A stretch of DNA of 64,000 nt. Origin: Agriterribacter sp. (GTDB lineage Bacteria > Bacteroidota > Bacteroidia > Chitinophagales > Chitinophagaceae). The position numbers and the translations under genes are program-made. Shown here in pieces: positions 49,809 to 57,221 of this stretch (position 1 is its first letter; the number at the start of each line of letters is the position of its first letter). The stretch spans positions 1,838,656 to 1,902,655 of the forward strand of contig JASGIZ010000002.1 in NCBI GenBank assembly GCA_047601545.1. Reading direction: 5' to 3'. The notes under the pieces were generated by a model that ran no database searches, was not told the origin of the DNA, and saw only the letters and a program-made list of their open reading frames with translations.

Positions 49809-50768
49809 GAGAATTTCAGAGAGTATAGTTTGTGCAGCCCAAACCCTGTTTGATGCTTGTTGTGTTATAATACTGTTGTTTCCATCAAGTATTTCATCAC
49901 TCAACTCCACATTTCTTCTCACAGGCAGGCAATGCATAACCTTTGCATTATTCGTTAATTTTAGTTTCTCATTCGTCAGCATCCACTCCGGATCGTTGCA
50001 ATATATTTTGCCGTAATCATTATATGTGCTCCAGTTTTTTACGTACACAAAATCCGCGTCTTTCAACGCTTCTTCCTGGTTGTGGGTGATCGTTGCTCCC
50101 CTTGTAAATTGTTCGTCCAGCTCATAATCTTCAGGATGGGTTATTACAAAATCTGCTTCGCCCCAAGCGTTTACCCATTGCGAAAAGCTGTTGGCAACGC
50201 ATTGTGGCAATGCCTTTACATGCGGAGCCCATGTGAGTACGATTTTGGGTTTATGGTTTGTGGTTTGTAGTTTGCGGTTTTGCAGAACTTCAGTTATGGT
50301 AATGATATCTGTAAAGCTTTGTAAAGGATGCAATGTTGCACTTTCAAGACTTACCACCGGTATGCCTGAATATTTAATAAACTGCTTTATATACAGCTCA
50401 CTGTAATCGTCTTCCCGGTTTTGCAAAGAAGGAAAGGTGCGTATACAGAGTATATCAAAATACTTTCCCATAATGGGCGCGGCATCCTTTACATGCTCCA
50501 CTTTATTGCCGCTCATGATGGCTTCTTCCTCAAACTCCAATGCCCAGCCTTCGCTGCCTACATTAAATACTATTGGTTCCATGCCCAGGTTCTGCGCCGC
50601 TATCTGTGTGCTTAAACGGGTGCGCATACTCGGGTTTAGGAATAATAAGCCGATACGTTTATTAGCGCCAAGCGCTTTATCCTTAAACGGATTGGCTTTA
50701 TACTCCAACGCTTTTTTTACAAAAGCATTGATATCGCTAACATCATGGGCCGAAATAAACTGTTTCAA
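49800..50768 (-). CDS. argF: N-acyl-ornithine carbamoyltransferase (ArgF'; succinyl or acetyl)
   Basis: SMRT instead of STRT, HPLQ, TWAPH, YVKNWS, HCLPVRR; TTG start. Confidence 0.9.
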   Translation of the reverse strand: MKQFISAHDVSDINAFVKKALEYKANPFKDKALGANKRIGLLFLNPSMRTRLSTQIAAQNLGMEPIVFNVGSEGWALEFEEEAIMSGNKVEHVKDAAPIMGKYFDILCIRTFPSLQNREDDYSELYIKQFIKYSGIPVVSLESATLHPLQSFTDIITITEVLQNRKLQTTNHKPKIVLTWAPHVKALPQCVANSFSQWVNAWGEADFVITHPEDYELDEQFTRGATITHNQEEALKDADFVYVKNWSTYNDYGKIYCNDPEWMLTNEKLKLTNNAKVMHCLPVRRNVELSDEILDGNNSIITQQASNRVWAAQTILSEILSP

Positions 50769-50782
50769 TGCGCTTTTTTTTA

Positions 50783-50869
50783 AAGGTGTAAGGTTTGGGG
50801 TGTAAGGTGTAGGGTGCAGGGTTTAAGGCCTTATACCCTAAACCTTATACCCTTTACCTTTCACACCTT
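50783..50869. repeat. Hairpin of 7-mer (RGGTGTA-like) units between argD and argF'
   Basis: AAGGTGT AAGGTTT GGGGTGT AAGGTGT AGGGTGC AGGGTTT ... TTATACCC TAAACC TTATACCC TTTACC TTTCACACC. Confidence 0.75.
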
Positions 50870-52030
50870 TTCTTCCAGTACTCCAATCTCTTCTTTCAGT
50901 ACTCCAATCTCTTCTTTCAATGCCTCAATAAAATCTTCAGCATCTCTTCTTTTCAATGCAAGAGAAGGCAGTAACCGGATAACATTCGGTTTCGCTTCCC
51001 CGGTAAATATTTTTTGATTAGTTAACAGGTTTTTCTTGAGATTTTTTAAGTCTTCCGGCACATCAAATCCGATCATCAGGCCTCTTCCTCTTACATTTTG
51101 TATCTGTGGTATTTCGTTCAATGCTCCTTTCAGGTATTTACCAACCATCACCGCATTGCCTAATAATTTTTCTGATTCCAATACTTCCAGTACTGCAATA
51201 GCCGCGGCACACGCAAGATGATTACCCCCGAAGGTAGTACCTAACTGAAAATGCTTTGGTTTGATATACGGCGCTATAATAATTCCTGCCACAGGAAAGC
51301 CGTTGCCCATACCTTTTGCCATCGTATATATATCAGCTTTAACACCCGCAAAATCATGACTGAAAAATTTGCCTGTTCTGCCATAGCCGCACTGCACGCT
51401 GTCTGCTATATATACCGCACCGTATTTATCGCAAAGACTCCTGATCTTTTTCAGGAAATCTTCGCTGGCTACATTAATGCCGCCAACGCCCTGTATGCCT
51501 TCAATAATTACAGAAGAAACCTTGTCACCATTTTTTGCAAAATAATCTTCCAGCGCCTGCTCATCATTAAAAGGGAGAAAAACCACATTATCAGTTTCAT
51601 TAACCGGGGCAATGTAATTTTTGTTGTCTGTGGCAGATACTGCTAAAGATGTTCTGCCATGAAAAGCTTTACTGAACGCAATCACTTTTTTTCTTCCGTT
51701 ATGGAAAGAAGCAAGCTTTAGCGCGTTCTCATTTGCTTCGGCGCCGCTGTTGCATAAAAACAACTGGTAATCTTCTTTGCCTGATAATTTGCCAAGTTTC
51801 CCTGCCAGTTCTTCCTGCAAAGGAATTTTTATGGAATTGCTGTAAAATGCAATTTTCTTTAACTGATCTTCTATCCGCTGCACCCAGTGCGGGTGTGTAT
51901 GGCCGATAGATATTACTGCATGACCACCATACAGGTCAAGATATTGTTCCCCTTTATCATCCCACACATAAGAGCCTTTTGCTTTTACAATGGCGATATT
52001 GTTAATTGGATAAACGTCGAATAAGTTCAT
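50861..52030 (-). CDS. argD: Acetylornithine aminotransferase (class III PLP)
   Basis: YLDLYGGHAV, NSGAEANE, FHGRT, ADSVQCGYGRTG, MAKGMGNG, TTFGGN. Confidence 0.93.
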   Translation of the reverse strand: MNLFDVYPINNIAIVKAKGSYVWDDKGEQYLDLYGGHAVISIGHTHPHWVQRIEDQLKKIAFYSNSIKIPLQEELAGKLGKLSGKEDYQLFLCNSGAEANENALKLASFHNGRKKVIAFSKAFHGRTSLAVSATDNKNYIAPVNETDNVVFLPFNDEQALEDYFAKNGDKVSSVIIEGIQGVGGINVASEDFLKKIRSLCDKYGAVYIADSVQCGYGRTGKFFSHDFAGVKADIYTMAKGMGNGFPVAGIIIAPYIKPKHFQLGTTFGGNHLACAAAIAVLEVLESEKLLGNAVMVGKYLKGALNEIPQIQNVRGRGLMIGFDVPEDLKNLKKNLLTNQKIFTGEAKPNVIRLLPSLALKRRDAEDFIEALKEEIGVLKEEIGVLEEKV

Positions 52031-52035
52031 GTGTG

Positions 52036-52158
52036 AAGCCTCCCTAACCCTCCAAAGCCTGCCTGTCGGCAGACAGGGAGAGAAATTTTAAATTTAAATG
52101 TTTATTGTTATTTCAATCGCTCCATAAGTCTCCCCTTTGGGGAGATTTAGAGGGGCTC
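52036..52158. repeat. Inverted doublet of REP-like units between argC and argD, with nested palindrome CCTGCCTGTCGGCAGACAGG
   Basis: Left AGCCTCCCTAACCCTCC...GGAGAG; right CTCCCC-TTT-GGGGAG plus ATTTAGAGGGGCT. Confidence 0.75.
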
Positions 52159-52163
52159 TTTTT

Positions 52164-53153
52164 TTAAAACCCCGCCGCCTTCAACCTCAACCCTGCTGTT
52201 TCCTCCAATCCAAACATCAGGTTCATATTCTGTACTGCCTGGCCGCTTGCACCTTTCAATAAATTATCAGCTATGGAATGTACTACCAGCTTGCTGCCTA
52301 CTTTTTCTAACTGAATAATTGCTTTGTTGGTATTTACCACCTGCTTTAGAAATATAGGCTGATCGCTTACAAACGTGAAAGCTGCATTTTTATAAAAATC
52401 TTTGTATAACGTGTTAAGCTCTTCGCTGCTCAAATTGCAATGCACGGTAGAGCTGATAAAAATGCCTCTTGTAAAATCACCACGCCAGGGCACAAAATTC
52501 AAATCAATCGTTCCTTTGGGTTGCAATTGCAATAATGATTCGCCTATCTCGCCAAGATGCTGATGCGTTAAAGTTTTATATGCCTGTATATTATTGGCGC
52601 GCCAGCTGAAATGCGAAGTAGCAGAAAGGCTTTGCCCTGCACCGGTGCTGCCTGTAATACCTGTGGTATATATATCTTCCAGCAATCCTGCCTTTGCCAA
52701 AGGCAATAACCCTAATTGTATGGTTGTGGCAAAGCAGCCGGGGTTGGCAATATTGTTTGCTTTTTTTATTTCTTCTTTATTCAATTCAGGTAAGCCGTAT
52801 ACAAACTTACGGTTACCTGTAACCGATTGTTTGCTCAGCCGGAAATCATTGGCAATGTCGATGATCTTTATATTGTCAGCAATGATATTTCCCTCAAGAA
52901 TTTTTTTTGATTCGCCATGACCGAGGCAAAGAAATACAACATCAACGCTACCGCCTAATGCAGAAAGATCGTCAGAGAAAACCAGGTCCGTATCTCCCAG
53001 TAAATCCTGGTGAATAGCCGCAACAGGTTTGCCCGCATTGCTGCGGCTGTTGATAAAAACAATTTCGGCAGAGGGATGATTAATGAGCAGCCTTATCAAT
53101 TCACCGCCCGTATATCCTGCTCCGCCTATTATTCCAACTTTAATTTTTTGCAT
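52164..53153 (-). CDS. argC: N-acetyl-gamma-glutamyl-phosphate reductase
   Basis: GGAGYTGGEL, IANPGCFAT, STGAG, DNLLKGASGQAVQNMN. Confidence 0.96.
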   Translation of the reverse strand: MQKIKVGIIGGAGYTGGELIRLLINHPSAEIVFINSRSNAGKPVAAIHQDLLGDTDLVFSDDLSALGGSVDVVFLCLGHGESKKILEGNIIADNIKIIDIANDFRLSKQSVTGNRKFVYGLPELNKEEIKKANNIANPGCFATTIQLGLLPLAKAGLLEDIYTTGITGSTGAGQSLSATSHFSWRANNIQAYKTLTHQHLGEIGESLLQLQPKGTIDLNFVPWRGDFTRGIFISSTVHCNLSSEELNTLYKDFYKNAAFTFVSDQPIFLKQVVNTNKAIIQLEKVGSKLVVHSIADNLLKGASGQAVQNMNLMFGLEETAGLRLKAAGF

Positions 53154-53154
53154 G

Positions 53155-53505
53155 TCAAATGATATTATACCTGTCGTTGTGAGTAGATGGCTGGGAGCTT
53201 AAAATAAATTCAAGAGGCTCCGCAGCATAATTGCAAACCCGGTGTATAGTGCCGGGTAGAATATGAAATCCTTCTCCTCGTCGGACAGTATATACTTTAT
53301 TATCAGCCTCAAAAGTGGCTGTGCCGCTGAGTATATAAAAAAACTGCTGCGATTTTTTGTGATAATGAAAATCTTCTGAGGCCAAAGGTGGCATTTTTTC
53401 CTGTTTTACAGAAAAGGTTTCTGCATCAACAAGTACCCATCCATCGCATGAATTTCCCCATTGGTAATGAGCAAGCGGATGATATTTACTTACCGTCTGC
53501 ATCAT
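53155..53505 (-). CDS. Cupin domain protein
   Basis: HYHKKSQQFFYILSG and PGTIH cupin motifs. Confidence 0.85.
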   Translation of the reverse strand: MMQTVSKYHPLAHYQWGNSCDGWVLVDAETFSVKQEKMPPLASEDFHYHKKSQQFFYILSGTATFEADNKVYTVRRGEGFHILPGTIHRVCNYAAEPLEFILSSQPSTHNDRYNII

Positions 53506-54685
53506 GCTTTACCAATTGATAGATGGATGTTTGATTGCCGAATATTTTGCTGAAGCCTCTAACATCATCACCGGTAAAGCCGGTATTCATCTCGCCATAT
53601 TTGCCAAACCTGCTGTTCATTAAATCGTATGCAGATTCTATACCGGTTACCTGGAAGCGGTAAGGCTGCAATTGCACAAATACATCGCCGGTTACATTTT
53701 GCTGTGAGTTGCTGAGGTATGCTTCAATATCACGCATTACGGGATCAAGTATTTGGCCTTCATGCAGCCAGTTGCCGTAAAATTGTGCGAGCTGATCTTT
53801 CCAGTTCAGCTGCCATTTGGTAAGCACATGTTTTTCCAAAGCGTGATGTGCTTTAAGAATTACCATCGGCGCGGCGGCTTCAAAACCAACGCGGCCTTTA
53901 ATACCTATAATGGTATCACCCACATGAATATCACGGCCAACACCGTAAGGTCCGGCAATTGATTGCAGATATTGTATAGCTTCTGTAGGGTGACTGAAAG
54001 TTTTGCCATCAACGCCTTTCAGTTCGCCTTTTATAAAACTCAGCTTCACTTCGCGGCTATCCGTAGCTGTTACCTGTGTGGGCCAGGCTTCCTCAGGCAG
54101 CATACCTTTTGAAGATAATGTTTCTTTACCGCCCACACTTGTGCCCCATAAGCCTTTATTGATGGAGTATACCGCTTTCGCAAAATTCATTTGCACACCC
54201 TTACTCTTCAGGTATTCAATTTCCTGTTCGCGGCTCAATTTTAAATCACGAATCGGTGTAATGATCTCAACGCCGGGTATCATAATGTGAAATATCATGT
54301 CAAACCTTACCTGGTCGTTACCTGCACCGGTGCTGCCATGCGCAACTGCATCAGCATTCAGTTTCTTAACATGCTCTGCTATATGCAAGGCCTGGCTTAA
54401 TCTTTCAGCACTTACGCTTAATGGATAGGTATTGTTCTTTAAAACATTTCCATACACAAGGTATTTTATAATGCTGTCGTAATAAGATTTTACGGCATTT
54501 ACGGTAGTATGCGTTTTTACACCTAAAGTATACGCGTGTTCTTCAATCTTCTTTAATTCATCTTCGCTGAAACCGCCGGTATTTACTATAACGGAGTGCA
54601 CTTCATATCCTTTGTCTTCACTCAGGTATTTTACGCAGTAGGAAGTGTCAAGTCCGCCACTAAAGCCAAGAACTATTTTTTTCAT
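53486..54685 (-). CDS. argG: Argininosuccinate synthase
   Basis: FSGGLDTS, HGSTGAGNDQVRF, GIKGRVGFEA. Confidence 0.96.
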   Translation of the reverse strand: MKKIVLGFSGGLDTSYCVKYLSEDKGYEVHSVIVNTGGFSEDELKKIEEHAYTLGVKTHTTVNAVKSYYDSIIKYLVYGNVLKNNTYPLSVSAERLSQALHIAEHVKKLNADAVAHGSTGAGNDQVRFDMIFHIMIPGVEIITPIRDLKLSREQEIEYLKSKGVQMNFAKAVYSINKGLWGTSVGGKETLSSKGMLPEEAWPTQVTATDSREVKLSFIKGELKGVDGKTFSHPTEAIQYLQSIAGPYGVGRDIHVGDTIIGIKGRVGFEAAAPMVILKAHHALEKHVLTKWQLNWKDQLAQFYGNWLHEGQILDPVMRDIEAYLSNSQQNVTGDVFVQLQPYRFQVTGIESAYDLMNSRFGKYGEMNTGFTGDDVRGFSKIFGNQTSIYQLVKHDADGK

Positions 54686-54730
54686 TGTTGTGTAGTTGGT
54701 TTGTATGGTGTAATGGAAAGGTTCGATTCA

Positions 54731-55447
54731 CTACAGGTTAAAAAAGTAATGCAGTACTGCTTTCATATTTTTCCTGGAAGATTTTTCTTCTTTATCCTTT
54801 TTCAGGAAGGGCTGCAACAGCTTCCATTTTTTTATACGCATAAAGCGTTCGTACAACTTGGAGTGTTGTTGAAAATCTTCTTTTGTTTCTTCCGGTTCAT
54901 AATGGTCTTTTGGGTCGTACAACATGGCTGTGCAGAAGCAGTTCTTTCTTTCCTTGCTCATTAAGATGTCGTAGTTAACGCAACTTTTACAGCCGGCCCA
55001 AAAGGCTTCATCCTGTGTAAGCTCTGAGTAGGTTACGGGTTCGTATCCCAATTCTGAGTTTATCTTCATTACAGCAAGCCCTGTGGTAAGCCCGAATATT
55101 TTTGATTCAGGATACAATTTCCTGCTCAGTTCAAATATTTTTCTTTTTATGCCGCGGGCCAGTCCGCCTTTTCTAAAGGCAGGAGCTACAATCAAACCTG
55201 AATTTGCCACATATTCGCCATGTCCCCATGTTTCTATATAGCAAAATCCTGCCCAAATATCATCGTGGCTGAAAGCGATTACCGCTTTGCCTTCCCTCAT
55301 TTTCTGCTGTATATATTCGGGGCTTCTTTTGGCTATACCTGTTCCGCGGGCTTTTGCTGAAGAAGCCATTTCATCACATATAATTTGTGCAAAGTCGAGG
55401 TGACTTTCATTGGCAACGAGAATCTTAAATTGTTCCTGGGTTTTCAT
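54731..55447 (-). CDS. GNAT family N-acetyltransferase heading the arg operon (putative N-acylglutamate synthase)
   Basis: SAKARGTGIAKR, ANSGLIV, KIFGLTTGLAVMKINSELGY, FWAGCKSC; position in arg operon. Confidence 0.8.
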   Translation of the reverse strand: MKTQEQFKILVANESHLDFAQIICDEMASSAKARGTGIAKRSPEYIQQKMREGKAVIAFSHDDIWAGFCYIETWGHGEYVANSGLIVAPAFRKGGLARGIKRKIFELSRKLYPESKIFGLTTGLAVMKINSELGYEPVTYSELTQDEAFWAGCKSCVNYDILMSKERKNCFCTAMLYDPKDHYEPEETKEDFQQHSKLYERFMRIKKWKLLQPFLKKDKEEKSSRKNMKAVLHYFFNL

Positions 55448-55560
55448 TCTTTTAATGCTGATAAACTGAATATGATAGTACGTAAATCGGTTAATTTCCC
55501 GGCAGGCTTAATCAGGTTGCCGGCGTTATCTGTGATAACGATAAAATGTTGTTTCAGGTA

Positions 55561-55689
55561 TCAACGTCGTACCCTGAAGGGGATGGGTGGACAGAAAAAA
55601 ACTGCTCCAGGCAGAACAGGAAAAACCCCACGCAATGTAGCGACATTTTGTGCCGCGTCAGCGATTACTGTGGTGAGATTTTTTTGCAT
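55561..55689 (-). CDS. Putative arg operon leader peptide (42 aa, not in ORF track)
   Basis: Hand translation MQKNLTTVIADAAQNVATLRGVFPVLPGAVFFCPPIPFRVRR*; ends 113 nt before the GNAT ATG. Confidence 0.55.
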   Translation of the reverse strand: MQKNLTTVIADAAQNVATLRGVFPVLPGAVFFCPPIPFRVRR

Positions 55690-55795
55690 TTCAGTATGTC
55701 TATACTTTGATTAAAAATTTTGACGATGCAAAGAAAATACTTTTTTTAGTTGCAGGGGACTTTTTGAGGTAAAATTTTGATAACCAAATGTAAAA

Positions 55796-56554
55796 TTATA
55801 AGCGAACAGGCACGCTGTGAATGGCAGCGCTCATTTCCCGTATCAGTGAAGCGTCTTTTTCGATGGCATTACCTACCACAATAAGGTCGGCGCCGGCTTT
55901 ACAATTACGGTAAGCCTTTTCCGGGTCGCTTATACCACCACCTATAACCAGTGGCACATCTATAACCCCGGCAACCCTGGAAATCATGCTTTCCGTAATG
56001 CTTTTTTGCGCCCCGCTTCCGGCATCCATATAAATCAGCTTCATACCAAGCATTTCGCCTGCCATAGCCGTGCACATGGCTATTTCATTTTTGTTGGAAG
56101 GTATGGGCGTGGCATTGCTGATATAAGATACGGTTGTTGGCGCGCCACCATCAATTACCATATAACCGGTAGAAATAATTTCCAGCCCGCTTTTACGTAC
56201 TGCCGGGGCAGAAATAACGTGCTGCCCGATCAATAATTCGGGGTTTCGCCCCGAAATAAGCGAAAGATATAAAAGCGCATCGGCATGCGGCGTAATTTGA
56301 GAGGAAGTACCCGGGAAAAGTATAACAGGAATATTGCTCTGCTGTTTTATCTGCATTACCACTTCATCCAGGTGGTTGCTGATAACGAGACTACCGCCTA
56401 CCAGTAAATAATCAACTTCCGCCAGGGCGGTAAGCTCCACCAGTTCACTGATTTTCGCATCATCAACCTTATCGGGATCGATGAGTACCGCAAAAGACTT
56501 TTTCCCGGCTTTCTTTTTTTCTGCTATAGATTGATAAATGCGGTTGCTCGTCAT
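55796..56554 (-). CDS. pcrB: Geranylgeranylglyceryl/heptaprenylglyceryl phosphate synthase
   Basis: VLIDPDK, LVGGS, LFPG, LISGRNP, YMDAGSGA, GGGI, VVGN. Confidence 0.92.
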   Translation of the reverse strand: MTSNRIYQSIAEKKKAGKKSFAVLIDPDKVDDAKISELVELTALAEVDYLLVGGSLVISNHLDEVVMQIKQQSNIPVILFPGTSSQITPHADALLYLSLISGRNPELLIGQHVISAPAVRKSGLEIISTGYMVIDGGAPTTVSYISNATPIPSNKNEIAMCTAMAGEMLGMKLIYMDAGSGAQKSITESMISRVAGVIDVPLVIGGGISDPEKAYRNCKAGADLIVVGNAIEKDASLIREMSAAIHSVPVRL

Positions 56555-56679
56555 GCATTCAGGTATTATTCCTTATCTGCAAAAATGCAAAAAAGTTTCA
56601 TAGTCAGCGCTTTTAATTATTTCCCGTATTTATTGTTCTGCAAATATGAATAGGTGTTTGAAATTCAGTTAATCGCTTC

Positions 56680-56968
56680 ACTCCAGCCCTCTCCCTGCCT
56701 ACCGGCAGCTACCCTGTATACATATCTTTACTTATTCAGGCATCTCCCTCACCCCAGGCCCCTCTCCGCGCGGCGGAGAGGGGTGTCCAAATTCAAATCA
56801 GGTTGATAAAATAGAGAGAGGGAGGTTGAAGATCTAAAAGTGAGATGAATATTTAAACGTGCTGTTTGGATATATTTTATAGCTGATGTGGTAGCGATAT
56901 TGTCTGGCTTTGTATTACAGTACCGCTCCCTCGCCATTGCATGGAGAGGGAGAAGGAGGGCGAGGGTT
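56680..56968. repeat. Cluster of REP-like units: truncated unit, then inverted doublet 56745-56968
   Basis: CCCCTCTCCGC-GCG-GCGGAGAGGGG and CTCCCTC...GAGGGAG plus AAGGAGGGCGAGGG. Confidence 0.7.
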
Positions 56969-57108
56969 TAGTAAATACAACAACAAAGTCCCGAAAAACT
57001 ACTAAAGGACTTATACTATTTATAAAAAAACACCCGAAAATCCAAGTTTTTTTATCATCACAATGTGTAAAAAACAGCTAATACAACACTGTATTGCATA
57101 TGCGGCAC

Positions 57109-57117
57109 TTATCCACA
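57109..57117 (+). promoter_or_regulatory. DnaA box upstream of class II RNR
   Basis: Perfect TTATCCACA about 105 bp before the ATG. Confidence 0.5.
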
Positions 57118-57221
57118 GGCTGTTGATATTTACAGGTTTGATAACACAATTAAGCCTGATATTTTCGCTTTCTTATCATTTGATAATACAAGTTTAACCC
57201 ATTAATAATTCCGGCTACATT

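Noticed and set aside
56749-56937. 62-aa ORF as a real gene
   Set aside because: Both ends are made of REP sequence and the translation has no recognisable motif.
57080-57100. NrdR box (ACACTGTATTG)
   Set aside because: Partial match, single copy, not palindromic enough.
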